Assembly: GCA_035279805.1 (NCBI GenBank)
Contig: DATEHB010000125.1
Coordinates: forward strand, 1 to 62,373
Source: Candidatus Acidiferrales bacterium
GTDB taxonomy: Bacteria > Acidobacteriota > Terriglobia > Acidiferrales > UBA7541
Reading direction: 5' to 3'
Length of the DNA stretch: 62,373 nt
Position 1 is the first letter of the stretch; each line of letters starts with the position of its first letter. Shown piece after piece: positions 16,380-25,137 of the stretch. A program made the translations under genes and the position numbers. Below the pieces are notes generated by a model. That model made no database searches. It saw nothing but the letters and a program-made list of their open reading frames with translations, and had not been told where the DNA came from.

Positions 16380-18394
16380 CGGCCGCGCTCCATCAGCAGA
16401 TTGCCATATGCATCGATGCGAACGTTCCAGCCCGGCAGCACAACAGTCGTCGCGCTGTACTCGGCGACAATCGCCGGCCCGCGAAAACGATTCCCGGCGC
16501 GCATTCTTGCCCGATCGTAAACTTTCGCCTTCATTGTGCGGCCTCCGAAAAAAAAGTCGCGGTGTTGCATGAGTGCCGCGGAGGCATCGGCGCGCCCGGA
16601 TTGCAGCTTCGGTAGGACCGGCTTCGGAGTCAGACCAATCGCGCGCGCGCGTACATTCACAATTTCGACGGGCCGCTTTGTGTCCGCGTATCCGTATCGC
16701 TTTTCGTGCGCGCGATGGAAGCTGCCCACAAAATCCGCCGTCGCCGGAATACTCAATTCATAGGCTTGGCCGATGTAGCGCATATCGAGAAGGCGCTCGA
16801 TTCTCATTTGCCGCTTCGCAAAACCTTCCTGGCGCATCGCAGCGATCGCTTGTTTCTCGATTTGCGCGAACTCGCGCTCTAAGCGGATACGCCCCGCTCG
16901 GACGGATTGCACCGCGAGCAAGATTGTCCGCGAGAAATCCTTCACGACATCAGCGCGCAGAATTCCCAGCGCGGAAAGTCCGCCTGGAAATTTCGGCATC
17001 AGAACGCGAGGCATTTCGAGCGCCGCCGCAAGTCCGCAAGCGTGCAAGCCGCCAGCGCCCCCGAACGCGACTAATGTGTAGTCGCGCGGATCGTGTCCGC
17101 GCTCGATGGAAATCACGCGGATGGCTTTCTCCATGTTCGTTTCGACGACATCGAGGATCCCCTGCGCGAATTGAACCGCTGTTTTCATCGTTCCGCGTTC
17201 ACGCGCCATCCATTCCCTCGTGCGTTCCATGTCCAACTGGAAGCCGCCGCCGAGAAAGCCCTCCGGTACAATTCGGCCGAGGATCAAATGCGCATCGGTG
17301 ACGGTAGGCCTTGTGCCGCGCCCGTAGCAAATCGGCCCGGGGTCTGCACCTGCGCTTTCAGGCCCGACGCGCAACGCTCCGCCGCGATCGAATCGCGCGA
17401 GCGAGCCACCGCCCGCTCCGACTGTGTGTATGTCGAGCATTGGAACGGCGACCGGCAGTCCGGCAACTTCGGATTCGTTCGTTGTGCGCAAAGCGCCGTC
17501 GAGCAGCGCAACATCTGTGGAAGTGCCGCCCATGTCGAACGTGATGATTCGCGGGAAGCCCGCGAGTTCGGCGACGTACTGCGCGCCCAGAATGCCACCC
17601 GCAGGTCCGGACAGAATGGTGCGCACAGGCTCGCGCGCCGCCGATGCAGCCGAAATGATTCCACCATTGGACTGCATCACGCGAACGCGCGAACCGCCAT
17701 TGCCTCGACTCGATCTTGCGTGACGGCTTGCCAGCCTATCAATCTCGCCTAGATAACTGCTCATCACGGGAAGCAAATAGGCGTTCGCGATTGTCGTGAC
17801 AGTTCGTTCGTACTCCCGAAATTCCGGGAAAATTTCCTGGGAAGCCGACACATGCAAACCAGCCGCACGCAAGCGGCTTGTTATCTGCTTCTCATGCCGC
17901 GCATTCGTGAAAGAAAAAAGCAAACACACGGCGGCCGTGTCCACCCCGCTCCTTTTGACCGCCCGGACGATACGGGAAAACTCGGCGCCCGACGGCCGCA
18001 GAATCGCGTGGCCCTCCGCACTTACCCGCTCGCGCATACCGAAACGCCTTTCGCGCGGAACCAAGGCTCTCGGACGCTCCACAAAAAAGTCGTACAGCTT
18101 CGGCCTGGCCTGCCTCCCGATCTCAATTACATCCTCAAAACCCGCCGTCGTGACCAACGCAACCTTCCCACCGCGCCTTTCAAGCAGCGCGTTTGTTCCG
18201 ACCGTGGTACCGCAGGTCAACTCAAGCGCGCTGTCCGATGCGATTCCGGCGGAGGCGACGATTTCCACTATCGCTTCGACGATGGCACGCGCGGGATTTT
18301 CGGGCGTCGAAAGCACTTTTAGAATGCTCAACTCGCCGCCGCGCGCAAAAACGCAGTCTGTGAACGTGCCGCCTGTATCGATCGCAACGCGCAT
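16376..18394 (-). CDS. Hydantoinase A / oxoprolinase family protein
   Basis: MRVAIDTGGTFTDCV...GTTVGTNALLERRG...FDMGGTSTDV is a HyuA-family ASKHA ATPase signature. 672 aa. Confidence 0.85.
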   Translation of the reverse strand: MRVAIDTGGTFTDCVFARGGELSILKVLSTPENPARAIVEAIVEIVASAGIASDSALELTCGTTVGTNALLERRGGKVALVTTAGFEDVIEIGRQARPKLYDFFVERPRALVPRERRFGMRERVSAEGHAILRPSGAEFSRIVRAVKRSGVDTAAVCLLFSFTNARHEKQITSRLRAAGLHVSASQEIFPEFREYERTVTTIANAYLLPVMSSYLGEIDRLASRHARSSRGNGGSRVRVMQSNGGIISAASAAREPVRTILSGPAGGILGAQYVAELAGFPRIITFDMGGTSTDVALLDGALRTTNESEVAGLPVAVPMLDIHTVGAGGGSLARFDRGGALRVGPESAGADPGPICYGRGTRPTVTDAHLILGRIVPEGFLGGGFQLDMERTREWMARERGTMKTAVQFAQGILDVVETNMEKAIRVISIERGHDPRDYTLVAFGGAGGLHACGLAAALEMPRVLMPKFPGGLSALGILRADVVKDFSRTILLAVQSVRAGRIRLEREFAQIEKQAIAAMRQEGFAKRQMRIERLLDMRYIGQAYELSIPATADFVGSFHRAHEKRYGYADTKRPVEIVNVRARAIGLTPKPVLPKLQSGRADASAALMQHRDFFFGGRTMKAKVYDRARMRAGNRFRGPAIVAEYSATTVVLPGWNVRIDAYGNLLMERGR

Positions 18395-18670
18395 AGCCGC
18401 GCGATTGTATAGAATTCTTCGCCTCGGCGCAAAATCATCTAAAAATGCACGGCTTCGTGCGCACTCAAAGCGGCGCTAGAACCAAACTCAACGCAATTTG
18501 TCTTCGTAGTACTAAAGTCCTACAAGCCTGTCCTCTATTTGTTCTGGAAACGCTTGACCGTGACGTTCTGGCGCGAGAAAGAATCTTGGGCATACTGTTT
18601 TGGATAGTTTATCAAGCTGGCGTTAAGCGGCTGTGGGACTTTCCTCGCTCGCGGGCATTCGCGGGCGCCC

Positions 18671-19453
18671 ATGACGACGACAAAGCAAACCCGAGGCGTC
18701 AGGCCCGAAGAACGCGAACTGGCTCGCAAGCGTCGCGAGCAGGAGCGCCTGGAGGCCGAACTTGCCGAATGCGAACTGCGTCTGGCAAGCGTTCGCGGCG
18801 AACTTGGCGCGCTCGAACGGCGCTATCTGAAACTCGTGGGACTGCCGTACGCCGAGCTGGACGAATTGCGCGCGCAGGTCGCCGAACGCATGGCAGCGGA
18901 GGATCCGGGGAATGAACGCCTTGAGCGCGCCGCCCGCGAAGCTCGCCTTCGCGCAGACGAATCCCACAAGGCTGCGTCCGTCAAAGAATCCGAAGAAACA
19001 AAACATTTCTCCCCCACTCCTGAATTGAAACGAGCATATCGCGAAGTCGCGAAGCGTATTCATCCCGACCTGACCGCAAATGAAGCGGACCGGGCGCGAC
19101 GCCAGGCGTTGATGGTGGAAGCGAACGAGGCCTATCAGCGCGGCGACGAAGCGCGGCTGGAGAAAATTCTCGACACGTACGAATCCAGCCCTGAAACCGT
19201 GGAAGGCGAAGGAGCGGGAGCAGAACTGATACGCGTGATTCGCAAGCTCAGCCTGATGAAAAATCGGCTCGGCGAAATCGAAACGGAGGTTCAGGTATTT
19301 CTTAACTCTGATCTTTACTTGTTGAAGATTCAAATGGAAGAGGCGCAAGAGCAGGGGCGCGACCTGCTGGCGGACATGGCTGAAAAGGTTCGCAAGCGCA
19401 TCGCAGATTGTAAAGAACGCCTGGAAGTTTTCACGCCGGGACGCGTGCACTGA
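18671..19453 (+). CDS. J-domain protein with flanking coiled coils (DnaJ-like co-chaperone, no Zn-finger/CTD)
   Basis: The J-domain core is TPELKRAYREVAKRIHPDLTANEADRARRQALMVEANEAYQRGDEARLEKIL, with the HPD tripeptide present. Heptad-like E/R/L-rich segments lie on both sides. No glycine-rich or Cys-rich DnaJ regions. Confidence 0.75.
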   Translation: MTTTKQTRGVRPEERELARKRREQERLEAELAECELRLASVRGELGALERRYLKLVGLPYAELDELRAQVAERMAAEDPGNERLERAAREARLRADESHKAASVKESEETKHFSPTPELKRAYREVAKRIHPDLTANEADRARRQALMVEANEAYQRGDEARLEKILDTYESSPETVEGEGAGAELIRVIRKLSLMKNRLGEIETEVQVFLNSDLYLLKIQMEEAQEQGRDLLADMAEKVRKRIADCKERLEVFTPGRVH

Positions 19454-20574
19454 TGCCGTCGCGCGCGCAGCGGGAAGCTCGTGGAATTGTCCGCAGTCAG
19501 GCGACCGGAATCACGGTGCTTTCGTCGTCACTTGTCCTGCGCGGGCTTCGCGAATTTCCGCAGACCTCGCGGTGGAACGTCAAACAGGTGTTCACCGAGC
19601 CGCGGCAGCGTCTTTGCCTTTCGTCGCAAGGCCACGTGGCGGCGTATTCGGCTGCGACACGCGAACTCAGCCAGCAAATCGAAATCTGCGATCTCGAATT
19701 AACGGGCAAGCCGGCCGTGATTCGCGTACCCGACGAGCCTTTGGTCGCACGCCCTGATTTTCCGGCATCGTTCGCGTGGTCGCCCACAGGGAACTCTCTG
19801 ATTGCGGCTTCGGGGACATGGCAGCCGGAGCTTAATTACTTCGACGCGCGCGACAGGAAATTCGCAGGGCGTTTCGCGCCATTCCGCGTTTTTCCCGCGC
19901 ATCTTGCATGGTCAAACCGCGGAAAGTATTTCGTAGCGGCATCGGACGGCTCTGAAAACGCGACGCTGATGCTTTGGATGGCCGGGGATTCCCTGGAAGA
20001 ATTCGAGCCACTCTCCCAACTGGATCGCAACACATTTGCCGACGCGTCAGCGGAAAGCGACGATGCCGATGATCGGGGTAGATTCTGGGGCTTCGGAGCG
20101 ACGGCGTTTTGCCCCAACGACAAATCTCTCGCAACAGTTCTGGAATTTGACGGTGAGTGGTCGGACGATTCAATCGTTCTCGTCCGGCCGCCGACGCTTG
20201 AAACGACCGGGCGAGTTGATACCACGGGCCACGTCACGGACTTGTCCTGGCTGAGAGATGCGCGTCACCTTATCTTCTGCGCTTCGGGCCAGGTGTATTC
20301 GCTCGACTCGATGAGCGAAAAAACGGCCTCGCTTCCCTTCGCCGCCGAACTGTGCCATTGCCATCCGACGCTTCCCATTTGCGCGTTCTACAATTCGTGG
20401 CTGAAAAGTTCCGCAAAGGGCCGCATCTTCATCGCCGATTTGCAACGCAACACAATTGTGGACGAATGCTGGGCGGAAGGAATCGCAAGCCTGCGCTGGA
20501 GTCACGACGGTCATACGCTTTACGCCGTCGCGCAGGACGGCATGGCGTATCTCTACGAACGTCCCCTCGTCTGA
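19453..20574 (+). CDS. Hypothetical cytoplasmic beta-propeller (WD40/TolB-like repeat) protein
   Basis: The start overlaps the J-protein stop (TGATG). There is no signal peptide. Blade-like motifs recur: FAWSPTGNSLIAAS, LAWSNRGKYFVAASDGS, FCPNDKSLATV, LSWLRDARHLIFCASGQVYS, LRWSHDGHTLYAVAQDGMAYLY. Confidence 0.6.
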   Translation: MPSRAQREARGIVRSQATGITVLSSSLVLRGLREFPQTSRWNVKQVFTEPRQRLCLSSQGHVAAYSAATRELSQQIEICDLELTGKPAVIRVPDEPLVARPDFPASFAWSPTGNSLIAASGTWQPELNYFDARDRKFAGRFAPFRVFPAHLAWSNRGKYFVAASDGSENATLMLWMAGDSLEEFEPLSQLDRNTFADASAESDDADDRGRFWGFGATAFCPNDKSLATVLEFDGEWSDDSIVLVRPPTLETTGRVDTTGHVTDLSWLRDARHLIFCASGQVYSLDSMSEKTASLPFAAELCHCHPTLPICAFYNSWLKSSAKGRIFIADLQRNTIVDECWAEGIASLRWSHDGHTLYAVAQDGMAYLYERPLV

Positions 20575-20637
20575 TCTGCTTTCTTTTGCGTTTCGGAGAT
20601 TATCGGCGATGCGCCGCGGATTTCATTTGAAGGTCGC

Positions 20638-21780
20638 TTACGGCAAATCGGCAACTCGCGTACCCAAAGGAAAATTCGGCATGGCATTGAGCGACGCATC
20701 CGCTCTCTCGCCCGCAACAAGCCGCGGATACGCCGCGGCCGCAATCATCGCGGCGTTATCCGTAGAGAGAGCGCGGCTGGGGAAAAATACCTCGAGGCCA
20801 CGTTTCCCGGATTCCTCTTCGAAGCGCGCGCGCAATTCGCGATTTGCCGCAACGCCGCCTGACACCAAAAGAGAGGCAATACCGAACGCCTCAGCTGCTT
20901 CAAGCGTTCGCCGAATCAAGGCTCCGACGACGGCGTGTTGAAAGCTCGCCACCAGGTCGAGCGTTGCGGCGCTCGACAGCCCACGCAACACGTCCGCACT
21001 CCGTTCGCCGCGAGCAAGCGCCTGCTGACGGGCGTCAATCTCAGGCTGCAAGTCGAGCCGCTTCCGCAAGTAATAAAGAACCGCCGTTTTGATTCCGCTG
21101 AAACTGAAATCGTATTGATTGCCATCCATTTTGACTGTGCCAAATCGCACCGCGGATGGATTTCCATGCGCCGCCAGCTTGTCGAGCACCGGCCCGCCCG
21201 GATATCCGAGCGCGAGCATTCTTGCAACTTTGTCGTAGGCCTCGCCGGCGGCATCATCGCGCGTTCCGCCGACGCGGGAATACGAGAATTGCAGAGCGCC
21301 GTTTCCCATGGCGCTGGATTTTGCTTCGACGCGATAGAGCAGCGTATGCCCACCGGACACGATCAGGCAGATCGCCGGCAATTTTGGCGCATGTCCCGCC
21401 GCGCGTGCTTCCAGCAGCACCGCGTGCACGTGACCTTCCAGGTGATTCACGCCGATCAGTGGTTTGCCGAGCGCGAGAGCCAGCACTTTGCCGTACGTGA
21501 GCCCGACGAGAAGAGCGCCCACCAACCCAGGGCCTTGCGTGACGCCGATGGCGTCAATATCTTTGAGCGCAACGCCAGCCTGCGATAGCGCTTCGCGCAC
21601 CACGGGCACGATCTGGCGCAGATGCTCGCGCGACGCGAGCTCCGGCACCACGCCGCCATACTTTCGGTGAATGTCTACCTGCGAAGCGACGACGCTGGAA
21701 AGTATCTTCACGCCGTCCGCAACAACAGCCGCCGCCGTCTCATCGCACGAAGACTCGATTCCCAAAATTCGCGACGTCAC
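20638..21780 (-). CDS. tsaD: tRNA N6-adenosine threonylcarbamoyltransferase TsaD
   Basis: ILGIESSCDETAAAVV, VNHLEGHVHA (metal-binding His pair), GGVAAN. Confidence 0.95.
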   Translation of the reverse strand: MTSRILGIESSCDETAAAVVADGVKILSSVVASQVDIHRKYGGVVPELASREHLRQIVPVVREALSQAGVALKDIDAIGVTQGPGLVGALLVGLTYGKVLALALGKPLIGVNHLEGHVHAVLLEARAAGHAPKLPAICLIVSGGHTLLYRVEAKSSAMGNGALQFSYSRVGGTRDDAAGEAYDKVARMLALGYPGGPVLDKLAAHGNPSAVRFGTVKMDGNQYDFSFSGIKTAVLYYLRKRLDLQPEIDARQQALARGERSADVLRGLSSAATLDLVASFQHAVVGALIRRTLEAAEAFGIASLLVSGGVAANRELRARFEEESGKRGLEVFFPSRALSTDNAAMIAAAAYPRLVAGERADASLNAMPNFPLGTRVADLP

Positions 21781-21824
21781 TTCACGTTTCCCTTCCCGAT
21801 TACTTGGCCATGCTAGTATAGCGC

Positions 21825-22739
21825 ATGGACCAACGGCTGCGTCGCGAACTCGACGCGACCGCGCGTGACCGCTCCTCGGGCGCCGTTGAACTTGCTCGAC
21901 GCACCTGCGATGCGCTGCAACGATGGGTTCGCAGGCATCCTGAGATTAGCCGAGGGGATCTTCTCGCTGTCGCGCGCGCTCTGTTGACCGCTCAACCGGC
22001 CATGGCTCCGCTGCTGCGGCTTGCCAACGAGATCGCGCTGGCGGCAGACGAATCCGCTCCTTCGCGTCATCTGACGTCGCGCCTGTCGCGACTTTCTTCC
22101 ATGCTGCGCACGGCGCCGGAACGCATCGCGGCGCACTTCCGTTCCGCGCTCCGCGGCGGCGATCACAAGATCATCACGACGTATTCCTATAGTTCCACCG
22201 TTCTTCAATCTATCGTTGCGGCTCGCACACGCATTTGGCAGGTTATTTGTTCCGAAGGGCGGCCAGGCATGGAAGGCAGGAAAACTGTGGAACAAATTCT
22301 GCGACACGGTGAAGGTACAGGAGCGTGCCTCACGACTGACGCGGCGCTGCATTTGTTCACGGCTCATTCTTACGCCTTGGTGGTTGGCGCGGATTCGCTC
22401 GAAGAGGCTGGCTTCACCAACAAAGTGGGCACCGGCGCGCTCGTTGCGCACGCGTTGCAAATTGGCCGGCCCGTCTGGGTGCTCGCGGATACTTCGAAGC
22501 TGTTACCGCGCGAAATCGATGCGATTCGCGCCGACCGCAACGGGCCCGACTCCGAAATTTGGAATGCAGCGCCAAAGCGTCTGTCAATTTTGAATCCTTA
22601 CTTCGAAAGAACATACTACGACGAACGCATCCGAATTCTGACGGAGAGTGGTTGGACTACGCCCGCGCAGATATGCCGCGCGATAAGGAAACTCGAGCTT
22701 TCTCCGCTCCTCGAAACATTGGCCGCGCCGCATGATTGA
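21825..22739 (+). CDS. eIF-2B alpha/beta/delta-like (IF-2B family) protein
   Basis: Family blocks are VICSEGRPGMEGRKTVEQIL (compare ESRP-x-x-EG) and VVGADSLEEAGFTNKVGTGALVAHALQIGRPVWVLADTSK (compare GAD-x-I-x-x-G-x-x-NK-x-GT). The N-terminal 110 or so aa are not recognisable. Confidence 0.6.
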   Translation: MDQRLRRELDATARDRSSGAVELARRTCDALQRWVRRHPEISRGDLLAVARALLTAQPAMAPLLRLANEIALAADESAPSRHLTSRLSRLSSMLRTAPERIAAHFRSALRGGDHKIITTYSYSSTVLQSIVAARTRIWQVICSEGRPGMEGRKTVEQILRHGEGTGACLTTDAALHLFTAHSYALVVGADSLEEAGFTNKVGTGALVAHALQIGRPVWVLADTSKLLPREIDAIRADRNGPDSEIWNAAPKRLSILNPYFERTYYDERIRILTESGWTTPAQICRAIRKLELSPLLETLAAPHD

Positions 22740-22792
22740 CAACTTCCGCAGCGCCACGTAAGTTGAGGCTCTGATTTTTCGAGGCTTGAGTC

Positions 22793-23686
22793 ATGGCAAA
22801 CACTCCGAAACGTGTTCGAACGGCTGTTTTCCCCGCGGCGGGATTAGGCACTCGTTTTCTTCCAGCCACAAAAGCGCAGCCGAAGGAAATGCTGCCGATC
22901 GTCGATAAACCGCTGATCCAATACTCGGTCGAAGAGTGCGCCGCGTCCGGAATCGAGAACATAATCATCATTACGGGACGCGGCAAGAACGCGATTGAGG
23001 ATCACTTCGATCAGGCTCCAGAGCTTGAGCGTTTCTTGCGCGAGAAGGGCGACACGGCTCGCGCCGACTTGGTGCGCGACATCGGTGCGAAAATTCATTT
23101 CAGCTATACGCGGCAACGGGAACCCCTGGGCCTGGGACATGCCGTACTTGTCGCGCGAGAGCTTGTCGGAGATGAGCCTTTCGCCGTTTTGCTCGGCGAC
23201 GTGATCTGTGACGGCCCGAAACCCGCGACGCGCGAACTCTGCGACGTTTACGAAGCAACGGGAATCGGCGCGATTGCGGTTGAGCCCGTACCGCGCGAGT
23301 TGGTCCATCTTTATGGCATCGTCGACGCGCGCCCTGCGAGCGAGCGCAAATGGGGCGACAGGCTGCGTCAGGTTTTTGAACTTGTCGAAAAACCCGACGC
23401 CGATCACGCGCCTTCGAATCTGAGCGTCACGGGCCGCTACGTCCTGCCGCCCCAAATTTTCGATTACCTCGAAAAAACGCGGCCGGGCCGTGGCGGCGAA
23501 ATCCAACTTACCGATGCACTACGCACGCTGGCGCGAGAAGAGGGATTGTGGGCACTCGTCACCGAAGGAAAAACCTACGACGCGGGAGACAAGCTGGGCT
23601 TCCTGAAAGCTACCGTGGAATTCGGACTGAAAAATGCGGAATTCGGCGATGAGTTTCGCGCCTACTTGAAATCCATAGAAGTTTAA
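22793..23686 (+). CDS. galU: UTP--glucose-1-phosphate uridylyltransferase
   Basis: AVFPAAGLGTRFLPATKAQPKEMLPIVDKPLIQY, VEKP, and GRYVL are GalU signatures. Confidence 0.92.
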   Translation: MANTPKRVRTAVFPAAGLGTRFLPATKAQPKEMLPIVDKPLIQYSVEECAASGIENIIIITGRGKNAIEDHFDQAPELERFLREKGDTARADLVRDIGAKIHFSYTRQREPLGLGHAVLVARELVGDEPFAVLLGDVICDGPKPATRELCDVYEATGIGAIAVEPVPRELVHLYGIVDARPASERKWGDRLRQVFELVEKPDADHAPSNLSVTGRYVLPPQIFDYLEKTRPGRGGEIQLTDALRTLAREEGLWALVTEGKTYDAGDKLGFLKATVEFGLKNAEFGDEFRAYLKSIEV

Positions 23687-23698
23687 TCGCGGAATGTT

Positions 23699-24049
23699 CT
23701 ACTTCTCTTTCGCCTTCTTCGGGGATCCCTTGGAGGATTCCGCAGCTGCCAACGCCTTGTCTGAGGTTTTCGAAGCTGGCGACTCCTTTGATGTTTTAGA
23801 ATCCTTCGCTTCTTTCGAGTCCGTTGAATCTTTCGCTTCCTTGGAATCCTTCGACGTCCCGCCGGAATTTTTCCCGGCGTAGTCCGTCACGTACCAGCCG
23901 GAGCCCTTAAATTGAATCGCCGGAGCGGCCGCCATGCGCTCTGCTTTCGCACCGCACTCCGGGCACTTCTTGACTTCCGAGGCCGTCACTTTCTCGATTC
24001 TTTCAAATCGGTGGCCGCACTTCACGCACTTGTATTCGTACAGTGGCAC
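23699..24049 (-). CDS. FmdB-family zinc-ribbon protein with Lys/Ser/Asp-rich tail
   Basis: MPLYEYKCVKCGHRFE...KKCPECG shows the CxxC...CxxC motif, followed by GSGWY and then a low-complexity tail containing duplicated DSKEAKDS. Confidence 0.8.
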   Translation of the reverse strand: MPLYEYKCVKCGHRFERIEKVTASEVKKCPECGAKAERMAAAPAIQFKGSGWYVTDYAGKNSGGTSKDSKEAKDSTDSKEAKDSKTSKESPASKTSDKALAAAESSKGSPKKAKEK

Positions 24050-24185
24050 TTTTGCTACCCTCGTTTCCTGTTCGCAAATCTTATCACGTCGCGCAACATC
24101 GCCGCATGGCGGTTCTTCCGTAAGACCATGCCCGTTGTGCTAGACTTCCCTGCGGGCGCTGAAATTTTTTTCGCGCCGTATCGCC

Positions 24186-25064
24186 ATGATCTCCACGCAG
24201 CCTGACAATTCCGGACGCGGCTGCCTATACGTGGTGGCAACGCCCATCGGCAACCTCGAAGACATCAGCCTTCGCGCCCTTCGGGTGCTCAAGGAAGCGG
24301 ATATCATCGCCTGCGAAGATACGCGGCAGACCATGAAGCTGCTTTCACACTTCGAAATTCGCAAGACTCTCGAAAGCTACCACGAGCACAATGAAATGAC
24401 GCGTGCGCCGGAGTTGGTGCTGCGTATCGAAGAAGGCGCGCGCATCGCATTGGTCAGCGACGCGGGAACGCCAGTCATCTCCGACCCGGGGCACAGGCTT
24501 GTTTCCCTTTGCCTGCGACACAAGCTACCTGTGATTCCGATTCCGGGGCCCTCGGCAATCATTTCCGCTCTTGCCGCTTCTGGCATGCCTTCGGAGGAAT
24601 TCACGTTTATCGGTTTCCTTCCTGCGCGCCCTGCGGAACGGCGCCGTCGCTTGCGCCAGATTTCCGCTGAACCGCGCACCATGGTTCTTTACGAAGCGCC
24701 GCATCGTCTGCGGGCCGCTCTGGAAGACGCACTGGAAATTCTCGGCAATCGCCACGCGGCAGTTGCGCGCGAAATCACCAAAGTTCATGAGGAGTTCCTT
24801 CATGGGCGTATCGAGGAGTTGATCGCGGCGCTCGCCGAAAAACCGGCGCGCGGAGAAATCACCCTGCTCATCGCCCCGGCGGAGATAGCATCAGCGGAGG
24901 AATCCGTTCGCCAGACTGAATCGATCTCGTTGGCACAGCGCGTTGCGGAAATTGAAGCCGCGCAAGGGGTCGATCGAAAAGCCGCGCTCAAGCAAGCGGC
25001 CAAGGAATTTGGCCTTGCCAAACGCGAGGCCTACAAACGACTGATCGCTGAAGAAAATTCCTGA
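24186..25064 (+). CDS. rsmI: 16S rRNA (cytidine1402-2'-O)-methyltransferase
   Basis: LYVVATPIGNLEDISLRALRVLKEADIIACEDTRQT is a tetrapyrrole-methylase-fold RsmI signature. Confidence 0.9.
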   Translation: MISTQPDNSGRGCLYVVATPIGNLEDISLRALRVLKEADIIACEDTRQTMKLLSHFEIRKTLESYHEHNEMTRAPELVLRIEEGARIALVSDAGTPVISDPGHRLVSLCLRHKLPVIPIPGPSAIISALAASGMPSEEFTFIGFLPARPAERRRRLRQISAEPRTMVLYEAPHRLRAALEDALEILGNRHAAVAREITKVHEEFLHGRIEELIAALAEKPARGEITLLIAPAEIASAEESVRQTESISLAQRVAEIEAAQGVDRKAALKQAAKEFGLAKREAYKRLIAEENS

Positions 25065-25137
25065 CCTGACAAAGCAGAGGAGCGCCGGCAGCGGCTGTTT
25101 TTGATGTAACCTGCGGGAAAATCGCGTGGCGAGAGGC

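Noticed and set aside
18623-19450. A 275-aa ORF antisense to the whole J-domain gene, together with similar long antisense or alternative-frame ORFs. Examples are 25573..26718 (+), 47983..48807 (-), 22844..23506 (-), 61438..62022 (-), 2826..3698 (+), 50261..50839 (-) and 5841..6623 (+).
   Set aside because: They mirror well-supported genes on the opposite strand. Their compositions are F/R/A/L/G-rich and low-complexity, as expected from reverse-reading GC-rich or E/K/R/A-rich codons, and they have no motifs and no SD. This is the typical stop-codon-poor antisense-frame artefact of high-GC DNA.
21781-21824. A leaderless promoter for the eIF-2B-like gene (TAGTAT/TATAGC just upstream of ATG 21825).
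   Set aside because: There is a -10-like hexamer, but I could not find a matching -35 or extended -10 element. It is mentioned only as a possibility within the finding.
23699-23900. The repetitive DNA in the FmdB tail, and other short tandem repeats, as possible CRISPR or VNTR arrays.
   Set aside because: There are only two diverged copies inside a coding low-complexity tail, with no repeat-spacer architecture anywhere in the window.
25075-25112. GGAGCGCCGGCAGCGGCTGTTTTTG after rsmI, as a Rho-independent terminator.
   Set aside because: A T-run is present, but I could only pair 3-4 bp convincingly upstream of it, so the structure is too weak.
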